A DNA stretch of 64,000 bases from Aplysia californica. Taxonomy: Eukaryota. The notes under the pieces are model-generated. The model did no database searches. It was not told where the DNA came from and saw only the letters and a list, made by a program, of their open reading frames with translations. The DNA is taken from contig NW_004797285.1 in the NCBI RefSeq assembly GCF_000002075.1, positions 239,862 through 303,861 on the forward strand. The letters are read 5' to 3'. The translations under genes and the position numbers were made by a program. Positions 37,201 to 48,394 of this stretch are shown here, piece after piece. How positions within the stretch are numbered: the first letter of the stretch is position 1; each line of letters begins with the position of its first letter.

Positions 37201-39162
37201 GTCCACAAGGCCTCAGGAATCAAAAAGTAATTTTTTTCTCGGATTTATGTGCCTTAAAAAAAAATGAATTGCTTTGGTCAGCTAAGCTTTCTCTCAGTTG
37301 TTTCTGTCAGTCTTCCTTTTTCAAGGTTCTCCACAAACCTTTCAAAGGTTTTTCTTTTTTCTTTCTTTTCTTTTTTTAAAAAATTGTGTTTTTTGTTATT
37401 TGAGGGTTGCGCCTCTTAGTTTAAAAAAAAAAAAAGAGATATATATATAGACTCATACAAGTGGGTGTTGGAGAGCACCTTTGCCTGGTCCTGCTTTTTG
37501 TCTTCCAGAACGAAATGACGGATGTTGTGTTGATGTGCTTATCTTTACTCTTTAAACTTAAAGTAGGCCTACCTGTCATTCGGGTGTATCTTTAGCTCAA
37601 CTGGTATCACACTGGGCTGTGGAACAAGAGAACTTGGGTAGCCAGAAAAATTTCAAAGACTCGCCGTCTATTTGGCTCAGTTTTGCTGAAAGTGGAAGTT
37701 GAATCAGAGGTCTTGTTTCTTTACTAACTTCAAGGAGTGTCAAGCCCATACAAGCGGGGGGAGATGCTGCTGCGCCACCTTTGGAGGTCCTTCATTTCTT
37801 TACCTCTGATGATTGTGTCTGTCTGTCTTGCTTTTTCCCAGCACTAAATAATTGCTATGTATTGATGTGCCTCTCTTTGTTCAAACAAAACTATCGGAGG
37901 TGGATGTCAATTTGGAAGTCACACCTCTTACATAACTTAAGTATCAAACCCACACAAATGGGCTCATTTTCTTTTCTTTCCGGGGGGCTCTCGTGGCCTA
38001 GAGGTTAAGGTGTTGGCCTCTCATTCGAAGGTCCCAGGTTCGAATCCGGGTAGCGACCGAAAAATTTTCTTCTCTAAAATTGTCTCCTTTCACCTCCTTT
38101 CCTGCTCTCTAGCAATGTTCTGTTGTCTGCTTTCATTTCCACTTTCTGCCCCCACCCCCTCACCTCCTTTGCCCCCTCCTCTGGGCTCCTGACTCTTTCT
38201 GCAGCCTTTCTACTGCTACTCCTTGGCTCCTCCTTACTGCTGTCTTTCTACCACTCCCCTGATCTTCTGGTAGGAAAGATCTACACCTAGCCTTCTCGGA
38301 AAAGGGCGAAAAATCTCGGAGGGCCCGTGTGCAAGTTGCGCATGTTTAAAGATCCCTTGGTGGTCTAAGAGTAGGCTTTGGCCGCCACCCGGGCAAAATT
38401 CAAAATTTCCTACCAACTGAAAATTTTAGGTGTGTCCCGCGCGCTCATATGACCTATGCAGTTGCGAGCGCCGTAAAACACTTTACAAAAACATAACTTT
38501 TCTTTCCTTGATGGTTTAATTTTTTTTTAAAGGATTGATGCCCATTGATCAATTGAATGGTCATTTCAGATCAGTCAGGGTGGGTAAGAGCACTCCTTAT
38601 GCACACTTTATCAGCTGACCTCTGCTTTGCTGCTTCAAATTTGGCCTTGAAGTCCATTGGGACCTATTGTATTCTGCGACAAACACTCAAAAAAGAAAGA
38701 ACATTTTTTAAATGATGTAACCTCTAAACCCTGATTTAACTAACCCCTGTAGTGAGTGGAAGCATTGTTTGCTGCGATTTTGACAAACCAGACCTGATCC
38801 TGATCCAAAGAATCAAGCGTGCTTGATTTTAGAGGATTTGATCAAAAAGTGTCAAAATGGTAGCTTGTGCCCCTCCGTGAAGGAAAATCTGGCCACCTCG
38901 GCTGTATTTTATCAAACCATATCAAATTACTCAAGTAAGGATTTGGTAAGGGTAAGATATTCTGCAGCATGCACTGGGCTTTGATAAATTTCAAGGTGTG
39001 AGAAGGCATTGAACCCGCTCAATAATCAATAACCCATTTTATTTCTGTGGCCACAGGTACAAGTCGGTGATTGTCAAGCCCAGCGAGAAGCCCTTGACCG
39101 CGGCTCAGTCTCCGTGCTTCTCACAGCGTGTCAGGACCAGGCATAATGTCAGTGACCTCTGA
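13156..39162 (+). CDS. TPX2: Targeting protein for Xklp2 (TPX2), spindle assembly factor and Aurora A activator; 15 coding exons, about 849 aa
   Basis: Hand-spliced exons: 13156-13246, 18513-18584, 20758-20821, 21235-21306, 23648-24308, 25923-26108, 28998-29166, 30299-30479, 30981-31200, 32219-32317, 34081-34257, 35121-35267, 36209-36320, 37034-37226, 39057-39162. All are GT-AG and phase-compatible, 2550 nt in total. Peptides match recalled vertebrate TPX2 motifs: FDAPQFFDF..DTWFD, FQRRTPERF, TVPQSPAFALKNRVR, KEAAQFKARPN.VI.QEPF.P, VHKASGIKKYK, KPLT..QSP.FS.R. Confidence 0.96.
13907..13948. repeat. (TAGATC)n palindromic hexamer array
   Basis: Directly visible; shorter arrays at 13694, 15148, 16019 and 16529. 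Confidence 0.9.
14130..14990 (-). mobile_element. Degenerate Tc1 transposase in TPX2 intron 1
   Basis: WDQAVFSDKSRFNL, QDDN-like segment and DWPAFSRSFNPV(DL)ENIWD; frameshifted. Confidence 0.87.
18513..18584 (+). CDS. TPX2: TPX2 coding exon 2 (72 nt)
   Basis: tag acceptor, open frame GMARKAGNGIPAKPQRVRVPKSM, donor gtaaat; phase 1-1 fits. No homology support. Confidence 0.65.
20758..20821 (+). CDS. TPX2: TPX2 coding exon 3 (64 nt)
   Basis: Pyrimidine tract plus tag, GTAAPQSDSAVKMETSAARPA, donor gtaatt. Supplies the phase 1 to 2 change needed to reach exon 5. Confidence 0.7.
21235..21306 (+). CDS. TPX2: TPX2 coding exon 4 (72 nt)
   Basis: cttcctttttcaag acceptor, DSSSQMKPRRVPVCDKPAPQKTE, donor gtaata; phase 2-2. 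Confidence 0.65.
21954..22434 (+). mobile_element. tRNA-derived SINE, family A, copy 2 (B box deleted)
   Basis: Aligns by eye with 9073-9577 and 37982-38496. Confidence 0.9.
22833..22990 (+). mobile_element. PIF/Harbinger transposase N-terminal fragment
   Basis: NKRRQMEGEYHQLFPLLKRRPSRF*SNMKMSQETFKYILGK fits the recalled GEYH..L...RF...RMS..TF..L motif. Confidence 0.6.
23648..24308 (+). CDS. TPX2: TPX2 coding exon 5 (basic, SP-rich disordered region)
   Basis: Inside ORF 23631-24335; ctttcag acceptor, gtaaca donor; PKKKQRL NLS-like motif and TPX2-like KTSEEIELE motif. Confidence 0.92.
24432..24869. mobile_element. MITE with imperfect atgtga/gtgacacat ends; inverted sister copy at 28322-28810
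   Basis: Terminal aatcaggcgc/gtgcctgatt repeats. Internal caagctttggaagt.accaaa is reverse-complemented in the second copy. Confidence 0.75.
25923..26108 (+). CDS. TPX2: TPX2 coding exon 6
   Basis: DSYKKAMKAG...TLPQGFHFKTDGRLK...DFTKCLR; donor gtgagt; phase 0-0. Confidence 0.93.
26164..26329 (+). mobile_element. Short retroposon family B (~170 bp, no tRNA head) with 12-bp TSD
   Basis: TSD ttagaagtgaag (26152-26163, 26330-26341). Other copies: 26568-27527 (interrupted), ~31935-32080, ~32918-33092, ~41660-41800, ~43043-43225, 43757-43943, 59603-59774, and minus strand ~44845-44940. Confidence 0.88.
26601..27382 (+). mobile_element. Internally deleted hAT-like element with 6-bp TSD, nested in a family B copy
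   Basis: cagg...cctg ends; gtttgc duplicated (26595-26600, 27383-27388); transposase-like remnant DRVASMEAMILSVMAQHSIP...AAAYKIKFGLSKT. Confidence 0.8.
28998..29166 (+). CDS. TPX2: TPX2 coding exon 7
   Basis: GLTKPQPFKLS...YESDAEKLIAFQRRTPERFR; donor gtaagt. Confidence 0.94.
30299..30479 (+). CDS. TPX2: TPX2 coding exon 8
   Basis: LTIAKTPNLTTRGRSRPV..SREEKE; ttgtgcag acceptor, gtaagc donor. Confidence 0.93.
30981..31200 (+). CDS. TPX2: TPX2 coding exon 9
   Basis: QFKAHPVNHRIL...KPLTVTEEFNL...FEFHAKPVNPKILQGPV; donor gtaagt. Confidence 0.94.
32219..32317 (+). CDS. TPX2: TPX2 coding exon 10
   Basis: GVKPVEPLPPTVPQSPAFALKNRVRIP; in-frame donors at 32315 and 32318. Not in the ORF track. Confidence 0.94.
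33573..33748 (+). mobile_element. Short retroposon family C sharing the A/B hairpin tail
   Basis: Closely similar copy at 35470-35642; minus-strand partial copy at 54185-54290. Confidence 0.8.
34081..34257 (+). CDS. TPX2: TPX2 coding exon 11
   Basis: KANPVPHPGIPFRP...TVPEPFSVEERSK; donor gtgagt. Confidence 0.94.
34386..34890 (-). mobile_element. Degenerate RTE LINE 3' fragment
   Basis: WKWAGHI motif on the minus strand and a (tga)n tail. Confidence 0.6.
35121..35267 (+). CDS. TPX2: TPX2 coding exon 12
   Basis: AREFHAQGFP...LPPKQERGITLMEPFQLSADHRG; weak donor gttact. Confidence 0.9.
36209..36320 (+). CDS. TPX2: TPX2 coding exon 13
   Basis: VEEEERQAKEAAQFKARPNHVIHQEPFLPQRSKKPLT; donor gtgagt. 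Confidence 0.94.
36458..36684. mobile_element. piggyBac-type MITE with TTAA TSD; inverted sister copy at 40611-40831
   Basis: ttaa-ccctatccatacgcc...ggcgtacagataggg-ttaa. Confidence 0.85.
37034..37226 (+). CDS. TPX2: TPX2 coding exon 14 (C-terminal TPX2 domain)
   Basis: FALNTDIRASQREAFDQQIKARE...MRQAAVHKASGIK; donor gtaatt. Confidence 0.94.
37982..38496 (+). mobile_element. tRNA(Glu-like)-derived SINE, family A, full-length copy with 11-bp TSD
   Basis: Intact A and B boxes, ctc at the anticodon position, TSD cttttctttcc (37971-37981, 38497-38507). Partial minus-strand copies at about 42110-42310 and 56415-56538. Confidence 0.93.
39057..39162 (+). CDS. TPX2: TPX2 terminal coding exon
   Basis: KYKSVIVKPSEKPLTAAQSPCFSQRVRTRHNVSDL, TGA at 39160-39162. 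Downstream AATAAA at 39418, 41115 and 41971. Confidence 0.94.
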
Positions 39163-42100
39163 TGACCTTTGACCAGATGTGCACTGGCTGTTTTTTGGGT
39201 TTTTTTGGAGGGGGGCGAATTTTGTGTTTGTATGATAATAATGATAATGATTGTGTACTTTGTTGGGGGGGGGGTTTTTGGGGGGGGGGGGGGGGGGGGT
39301 TGGCACTGCTGTTCCAGGATGATTAGTGTCTGTGGTGTAAAAGTTACGGTCTTTGCCATGGCTAGTTGTAGAAGACCTGAATTTGATTTTCCTTGAGGGA
39401 GGAGCAGTTTTTCTTTTAATAAAATATCTCAGTCTACCCTCTGGGACCTTGTCTCCCCTCTCAGCTCGGATTGGCCCGGCATGGCAGAGTCAAAGCCACT
39501 GGCTCACTGAATGATGTGAAAGGTATTGATGGGGATGAAAAACGTTTACAATTTTGTGTTCATATTCTAGATTATGAGTCAGATCATTAGCTTGGGAGTC
39601 CCAATTCAAATGTATTTCATGTCGGACCAACAACCTGTGTGTTCTTTTTTAATCACTGTCTTTGTTGTGAATTGCAAACTCTTACAATACAGTACATGAA
39701 AATGCACAGCCACCTGCACAATTTCCTACATTGGTTTCTTTTTCCGCTTATGTTTGACCTAGGTATTTCGATAATACATGTGTCACGATATGGTGGAATC
39801 TGGCGCTCTTCAATTTTTGTGCATATGGGGTTATTGGTATACTCCTAGCTGGTTCATTTGTATTGCTTTTTATGAAAAAATACCCATCTAACTTGAATAG
39901 AGGTCTAGAATATTTGTGATCGAAGGTGGGGATTGTCTGGTGTCAAAGTATAAAAATTAGCAAGAAAATGACTGCCAAAGTTTTGGTATCTTCCGAAGCT
40001 TGAGTGTCCTGGAAAACTGCAATTTTACATATTTTGTGTCTTTGGTCAATGTTATTCTGCAAAATACACACTGAAATGTGGTTTTAAATGGATATGATAA
40101 AAAGCCTTCCCCCAAATTGATAGAAATTGTCCAAAGGTGAAAAAAAAAAGTGGGTTTCTTTGATTTCATTATTTTGACAAGAGCATGATTTCACCACAGT
40201 GCCACACATATATATATGTTTTTGTATTGCATTAACATTGTATGATATTGTGTATATATATATTAAAAATATATCTTGCAGATTTGTAACAACAGAATTT
40301 GTACACAGTGGCTATTTGAGTCTCTTTCTCTTCCCTCTCTTTCTTTCTTTCTGCTCTCTCTCTTACCCTTTCCTATCTTCTTTCCCCTTCTCCCAGTTTT
40401 TCTGCTGCTTTCACCCATATGTTTCATTGTGCACTCATGCTTCCTTTCTGCAAGCGTAACGTTCAATGTTCCTTTTGTCTGAAGATACAGTGACAACTTG
40501 TAAATTATGTGTTGTGTAAACTGAGACAGAATTGAAGCATTGATTTTTCTTTTATTGTATTAAGTTGTATTGTTCAGAATAGCATCACTCAACCACTTTT
40601 TGTGCCTTAGCCCTATCCGTACGTCGTGTTTTACTATCGTATCCATACGATGTGGGGAAGGCTGTGCCCCCACTTTCCAATGAGGAAATTAACTTGTTAA
40701 TCCGATCCGTACGCTTTGCATGGCAGTCTGTAAATTTGATTTTTTGAGAAATACTGAAAGTTTCTAAGAGAGCTTCGCATTAGGAGTATTCTAAAATGTG
40801 AAGAATACAACCCCAGGGCGGACGAATAGGATTAATCACTTTTATAAGTGCCTTGAACTGATTAAATTATGATTGGCATATTTATTGATCATTGCAAGAA
40901 ATTTTATCCTGATTCTTGAAACTTTGAAATGTGCCTTTTCAGGCATTCCCTGTTTTTAAATGTTGAAATTCTTGGGCTACTGAACAAACCCACACTTACA
41001 GGAAATTAAAAAATGAAAATGAGTTAGCAAAAAGTTCCTGATACCGGTAACTGAATTCTGTTCATATTAATGAATCGATTGCAATGTCATCAGCAAAGTA
41101 CTTTCAAGTGCCTGAATAAAGACTAGTTTTAAACTCAGAACCAGCTCTGCATTTATGACTTGTTTTTAACTTGCATCTTCTCAGGTCTTCTGTGCAATGG
41201 TTATCACTGCCTCATTGAACTGTGTTGATGGAGTTGCACAAATGTACTTAATTCAGCAGTCATGACTCAGTTTCTCAGGAACTTTGTTGAGTTTACTTTC
41301 AGACTGTGAAAAGCCTTGAAAAAGCATGTTTTTTCCTAAATATGAAATGATAATTGATGAGAGGTTTGTTCAACATTGTACATATGTGGCATATCAGATT
41401 TGTTATTATTTGAATGACTCTTTATACCCCTTGTTGTGGTTGGTTAATGTGTGCTGCTGATTAGTCCTATCCTTTTTTCCCCCTTCATCTTCTATTGGTT
41501 CTACCGGTCCTTACTTTTCCCCAGCTTTAAATTACCGTTGTTGTGTTAAAGGTGGCACCGATTGCAGGCTCTACTTCTGTCCATTCCCTGTTATTTCTGG
41601 TTATCTTTCTTTTTCCTTGCACTTGGTGACCATTACTGTGATGTGCAAATGGATGGGTGATGGGTGCTCAGGTGTGGTCTTCTCCTGTCTCATCAACACC
41701 TCTATTTGTACTTTTTATATCTCCTTCCTCCCTCCCTCTTTTCCATATTACTCTTTGGTAACACCTAATCTTTGCTACATGCTGTAAAACTCATACTACA
41801 ACAATGTGTACATCTTCCAACTCGAACAAACCAGTATGTATTGAGTAACTCCATTATTGATTATTGCTGTACTGGTGTGCTTTTCTCAAATTTGCATCTT
41901 TCGTGGATGATTTTTTTGCAGCTGGAAGAATTTTTCATACTCGATGCAAAATTAAGAACGGTGGATGATGAATAAAACTATTTCTAGTAAATTTTGCTCT
42001 CTATTTTAAGTTGCTTTTTTGTCCGTTACTATCAATATCATGTGAGCCCAATGGTTTTCATTGGAAGGCTCCACTGTTGCTAAGTTAGGTCCTAAGATCC

Positions 42101-43384
42101 GGGGTATGACTGAAAGACAGGAGGGGGCTGGGGGAGCAGAAAGTGGGGGCGAAAGCAAATGACAGAACATGGTTAGAACTTACAGAGCAGGATAAAATGG
42201 TGAATGGAGAGAATTTTAGAGAAGAAAATTTTCTCGTCACTCAGGTTTTGAATCCAGGAGCTACTGAATGAGAGGCAAACGCTCTAACCTCTAGGCCAAA
42301 CACAAGGGCCCACATTTGATACCTGTAAGAATTATGCAGTGAAACTCGCTTATAAAGAAGTCTATGGGCACAACCTTACAGTACAGTTAATTGAATCTTG
42401 AGTGGTTGTTATAAGACAGATGTGAGGATTGTTGATCTGAAAGGGACATCTGGTATGAATGTGTCACGACATTAAAAAAGGAAAGTTTGGAAATAAAAAA
42501 TACACTGGTGCCCCCTGGTGCTTTTTCTTGACATATAATCAATTGGGTCAGGTTTGGTTTCAAACAGTATGCATGATAATGTACATGTAGTTCGGTTTGA
42601 ATTAAGAAGGCATTCTCTTTTCTTTGATTTTAAAATGTGCTTGGCTAACATTGAAAAAATTATTGAACTGGCGATGCAAAATACACTTGGTTGCGGTGTA
42701 GGGCCTGGACCTAAGCCAGCTAGGCTTAGTGTATGGCAGTGTGTGGATCCACAGACTTGTGCGCAACTCATTATGCAGATCATCTAGGTACACAGTTTGA
42801 ATTTTGTTTGAGTAAAGAGAAGCATATCGACACCATAACTCATAGTCTATTATATAATATAGGGCAAGGAAGAAGCAAGACAGAGACAAAAACAACAGAA
42901 TGGAAGGGGAAAAAAAGGACCTCCAGCCACCCTCCCGCTCACAGTTCTAAAAAAGTAGGCTGTAACGATTGTAACATCTCTGCATCACTGCCAGCATTCC
43001 TTGCCACTAACGCACCTCCACCCACTCCGACAGATGGTCACAGTGGGTGGTTGGCGGGTCCTCTGATGTGGTTTGCTTCTTCTTTCCTGTCAAACATCTA
43101 GCGTCCTTATTTCCACTTCTTTTTTATGTTTGTTGCTCTCTTGTAACACCTCTAATCTTCTGGCTCTCATATGACCTTATGAAGTTGCAAGCGCCGTAGA
43201 ACCTCTACTAAAACTAAAACTAAAAAGATGTGCACTCAGCCACATGTGTGCTGGCATCTCTCAACCATCGTGTGCGTGTCATTTGTCAACAGCGCATGTG
43301 TTGGTGAAGATTGTGATTGGTTGGCATGTTTCACATCGCACCCTACAATAGACCCATCAATGACACAAGCCATTGAGACTAGAG

Positions 43385-43975
43385 TAAGTGTATGGGTTTG
43401 ATGCCCGTATCAACACTATTTTAGTAATACAGTCGACTACGGATGAGTTGATGTCTGGGGAGGGAAAAAGATCAATTCATCCGAAGTTCAACTTAATCTG
43501 CAAAGAGGAGGTGCTGGGACCTGAGAAAAAGATCAAATTTAATTAAGCATATTCAACACAAGCGTAGTAAACTTTTTTGGTTACTTTAGAGACAGGACCT
43601 CTGCCTTTAATGTCCATCTCCGATAGGACTGAGCCAAATATGCTGTTAACCTTGGAAACTCCACTAAACGATCCGAATGCCCAGTCTGGGATTCGAACCA
43701 AGACCACCTGCTCCTTTGCTCAGCATGATACCAACTGAACAGACGGAGCATTGGTGTGGGTGGTTGACGGGTGCTCTGGTGTGGTCCAGGTTTGCTCCTT
43801 CTTTCCTATCAAAAATCTATCGTCCTTATCTCTCCTTTTTAGTTTTTAAAAATGTTTGTTACTCTCTTGTAACACCTCTAATCTACTGGCGCTCATGTGA
43901 CCTTATGCAGTTGCGAGCGCCGTAAAACCTATAGGCCTACTAAAACTGAACTGACGGTGCATCGGTGCATGTGTG
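43385..43975 (-). mobile_element. Second tRNA-derived SINE, interrupted by a family B copy
   Basis: B box ggttcgaatccc on the minus strand near 43690. Central tttaa(c/t)gtccatctccga.aggac segment recurs at about 54457-54490. Confidence 0.55.
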
Positions 43976-44364
43976 ATATGGCCTATATAACTTGAATAAA
44001 TAAGTGTGTAATGATTCACCAAGCAGGGTGATTGACGCCTGACGGTCCAATAGAATCTGAGGAGATAAAGGTTTGTTGGGGGGGGGGGGGGGGGGGGGGA
44101 TGCCCAAAGCACCGCCCGAAAACTTGCTTGTTATATTCGAGGTATTTTGTTAATTTTAATGAATGATAAAAATGAAAATCCAAGGGAATTTTTCTTTTTC
44201 CGTTGAATCTGAGTTCATTGTACACATGTGTTACGTATTCAAGTTTCACGGTACCACTTTAGTCTGTCTCGGCATAATAATGGTCATTTAGTTCTTGGAC
44301 AAAATAAGACTGACAGACAGAAACATTAGAGAGAAAGTAAAGAAGTAGGACCTACCTTTATATA

Positions 44365-44543
44365 CTGTCCCCGTGGTTTTATGCATACCGCATAATTTAG
44401 CAAAATTTTATCATTTTTTGCATAATTTCTGATTATTTTCCTTTATCTTTCTTTGTTAAAATTAACAGAATCGCATAATTTCACATTTTTGGGGTCAGTT
44501 TGCATAATTTCAGAATTTTTCTTGCATAAAACGACGGGGACAG
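44365..44543. mobile_element. MITE with 21-bp TIR ctgtccccgt.gttttatgca
   Basis: One mismatch between TIRs; internal gcataattt repeats. Inverted copy at 60535-60716 and a related end at 1-107. Confidence 0.82.
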
Positions 44544-44940
44544 ATAACATCACTTTATCAGTGGCACTCATGTAACGTATCACCTCTAAACTTTACACTT
44601 ATATTAATTTTATTTATATTACTTATTTGTGTCGCAAGTGCTGTAAAACTCTTTATTAATAAAAATTCAAAATACTTTCTCTAAATTTAAATTTAAAATA
44701 ATACTTAAAACTTAAATCCAACCTTTCTCAGGCTGGGGATCACACCCAACAGTTTATAGAATTTCTTTTCATCATTTTAAAAAGACGCCGTACATTATAA
44801 TTTTGATTCATAGTGAAGTGTGAGGAGCACCACAACAATGATTTTTGTTTTGTTTTAGTGAGCATTTTTATGGCACTTGCAACACAATTAGAGGTGCCGA
44901 AGAACGTGTTACATGAAAGTAACAAACACAAAATCAAAGG

Positions 44941-45028
44941 ATAAGATAAGATAAGATATCTTTATTGTCCAGATCCTGGCACATTGGTTTAGTGTTTCAC
45001 CACGTACACACATACGCGCGCGCGCGCA

Positions 45029-45069
<41 letters not shown>

Positions 45070-45975
45070 TCACACACACGCAGGCTTACAGTCACGTGCA
45101 TAAGACATAATATATAGATGAACTGTAATATAAACAATAATCATCTTAAGCTAGACACATACTCTATGTTATTCTGATGCATGCTCTAAGTGTCTAAGGT
45201 CATGTCATATTGATCCTTAATAACTAGATGGTTAAGAAGAATTTTGATGGATGGTGGTAAAAATGACCTTCTGTATCTTTCTTTGTTACTGATCAGAAGC
45301 CTAGGTCTTTTACGTCTGACTGATGTTTTTATTTGAGGGCAGGGAAGAAGGGGTGTTTGTTATCTTAAAAGATGGAATTAATTAATTTTGTTTTAGTGCA
45401 AGTTGTTATGTACAATTCGTCCAAGTAAGCTATAATGCAGATGTTGAAATTTTAGCTTTACGAATTACATGCTTTCAGTATTAATTGATTTAATTTTTCT
45501 TTTTCATGTTGTCTTGTGTTCCCAGTCCGTGCTGTTATACAGACATTAATCTTACTTTCTATGGTTGAATATGGACAGCAATATTTTATCAATGCTAAAA
45601 TACATGAGCTTCCTTATTATTATTATTTTTTCGTTATGGTCAGCCTGAATGAGCCCAATTATGGTTGAATCATCCGCAAATTTGATCAGCTCGATGTTAC
45701 TGTTGTTTATAAATTGGCAATCGTTGGTGTTTAGTGGGAATAAAACTGGTGACAAAACACATCCTTGAGGGACCCTGTATTTGTTGTGATGTATCATGTA
45801 TGAGGAATGTTTTAATTTTACATACTACTAGGTTCGGTTGGTAAGGAAATTGCCTATCCAGACTATCCATGATATTAAATTGACGTTAACACCTATATTT
45901 TCTAGTTCCTTTAAAAGGATAGCTGACTGGATAGTATTAAAGGCTGATGAAAAATCAACAAACAGGATCCTACAG
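44941..45975 (-). mobile_element. Rex1/Babar-like LINE remnant (RT to 3' end)
   Basis: LFVDFSSAFNTI, VPQGCVLSPVLF, IKFADDSTIIGLI; 3' end AATAAA plus (cttat)n. The same tail occurs at 11682-11723. Confidence 0.85.
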
Positions 45976-46074
45976 GACGTTAGAATTAGATGTTGAATAG
46001 CAAAGAAGGAGCAAACAACACCGCAGCACTTGCCAACCACCCACACAAAACGAGTCACACAGTGACAATACATT

Positions 46075-46265
46075 CTAATATTCTAACAAGAATTGTTTGA
46101 TGGAAAGAGAGGCAGAGGCAGACGGAGGGAAAAGATACTGGACAAGATGACAACATGGCTAGGAGCAGCAAGAACAACAGACACCATTGCTGCAACGCAA
46201 GACAGAGTGAAGTGGAGGTCAATGATCGCCCACGCCAGTCGGCAAGGCACCGGGTGATGATGATT
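46075..46265 (+). mobile_element. RTE LINE 3' fragment
   Basis: DGKRGRGRRREKILD...QDRVKWRSMIAHA followed by (tga)n. Confidence 0.75.
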
Positions 46266-47439
46266 CTAAAAAGATTCTGGATTCGTTGTCAGGCCACTGT
46301 GAATGAGCTATAGATCAGGAGTCTAGAGGCAGTAGAGGGGATTGATAGGGCCAGAGCATGTGACTGAACGAGTTGTATCACGCATAAACCTGACAGGCTC
46401 CAACAACTCTTTTTTTTTGGGTGGGTGCCACAGGCAGGTCCTGCCTCTTTTCTTTCTCTGACGTTATTTCTAAATGTAGACTATATAATAATACATGTAG
46501 CCTACATGTATTTTATATTGTCTTACTCTTACTTTTTCCATGCTGTAAATGACCGTTATTATGTCATTGTTTCCCTCGATCCAAAAATCAAACAAATAGT
46601 TGAAATTGATCCTACTTGATTACCCCCTGTACACTGATGATAAATTGAAAGAACAGGGTGGCCAATGGGATCATTTTTTGTTTTGTTTTAGTAAGAGTTT
46701 TACGGCGCTCGCAACTGCATAAGGTTACGTTATATGAGCGGTTTTATTCGCAACAATTCACCGCAAAGCCTGATTTTTGTCAATATACTGTATTTCTATT
46801 TAAATGTTAAAATGCTAAAAATGTGATGTTAATACATCCTTATTTTAAAATAACTTTTTAATTTGAATAACATTTAAAATTTTAACGTTTTTCACAACTT
46901 TCCGTAAAGGCCATTAAAAAAAAAAATAATAAAATCAAGGATTCGGTAGGGGTCAGCAACGGAAAACAGATCTTGCAATTTTTTGCACCTACAATATTTC
47001 CTTCGGGTCTCTCCGAAGTCTAGACATTTTGTTAAAATGTGATTAATGTTACAAATCTGTACGGCTTCTTATCTCCCCGAAGGAGGTATTTTATGTGTCA
47101 GGGACATGTGTCCGATGCGTAAAAATGATTTCGTCTCTTCTACTCTTCTGGAGAGGTCCGAAGGTTTTCCTGGACCCAGTTTGGGCTTAATGTTGTGTAG
47201 TTTGTTGTTGGTTTGATTCTGCCAGTGAGTCCCTCGCAGACTGGAGGTTTATTTTTAAAGTCAGTCTGGGAGAGTGTTCGCAGTTGGTCCCAACAGAAGG
47301 GAGAAGGATTCCTTCGCCAGGCGGTCCACTTGCTCGTTTCCTCGGATGCCCACATGGCTAGGCAGATATGCGAACACGATACTTTTCGTATTTCCCAGTT
47401 TCAGTCAAAGTGTGTATTTTTTGTTGTAACCTATTAGAT

Positions 47440-47517
47440 AAAATAAGATAAGAGATAAGATACATATTTATTTTCCAGATTCTCGCACATTGGTTTGGTG
47501 TTTCACCCCGTGTACAC

Positions 47518-47552
<35 letters not shown>

Positions 47553-47560
47553 CACACACA

Positions 47561-47598
<38 letters not shown>

Positions 47599-48135
47599 CA
47601 CACACGTGGGCGTACAATCACATGCATAATATAAAAGAGCAGCAATATAAACAATAATAATCTTGAGATATACACACTCATGTTAAATGATGCAGGATCT
47701 AAGGTCGTAAGTATATTTATATATATATACAAGATGGTTAAGATGGATGCATTTTGATAGATGATGGTAAAAATGACCTTCTATATCTTTCTCTGTTACA
47801 GATCAGAAGCCTAGGTATTTTACTACTGACTGATGTTTTTATTTGAGGGAACAAGGGCTGCTTGTCGTCTAAAAAGATGGAATTAATTTTTTTTAGTGCA
47901 AGCTGTTATGTACAATTCATCCAAGTAGGGGAATGTAGATGTTGGGATTTTACATGCTTTCCGTATTTGTCGATTTAATTTTTCTTTATTTTGTTGTCTT
48001 GAGTTCCCTGCCCATGCTGTTATACAAAAATGGATCATACTTTCTATGGTTGCATGGTAAAATATGGCCATCAACGTTTTATCAACTTTAAAATACTTTA
48101 GCTTCCTTAGAAAAAAAATAATCTTTTGTTCACTT
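47440..48135 (-). mobile_element. Rex1/Babar-like LINE 3' fragment, second copy
   Basis: FYHATIESMIHFCITAWAGN; same 3' UTR and tail as the copy at 44941. Confidence 0.82.
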
Positions 48136-48394
48136 TTTTTTTATGCAGGACAGAAGTGTGGACACGCCAGTTGTTGTTGTACATGTATTAAGCACCACGC
48201 ACTCATCTTGATTTTGGTAATGAATTAGAGTCCAATCACAACTGAATAACTGAGAAAAAACAAAATAAGCACAGAACAAAGTGAGCACACCCGGTCGCCA
48301 CAGAGTAGCGCCCCCCCCCCCCCACAAAAAAAACATGGGCGAAAGAGTGTGTAGTTTGTAAGTGAGGTGGTGCAAAATAGTCAGATATGATTTA

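Noticed and set aside
37982-38056. tRNA-Glu-like gene (also at 9073, 21954 and ~42230)
   Set aside because: The acceptor stem does not pair, there is no terminator, and it continues into a shared repeat body with a TSD. It is a SINE head.
46622-46660. Hammerhead-like CTGATGA...GAAA inside a short stem (similar site near 29557)
   Set aside because: No credible stem I or II and no correctly placed NUH cleavage triplet.
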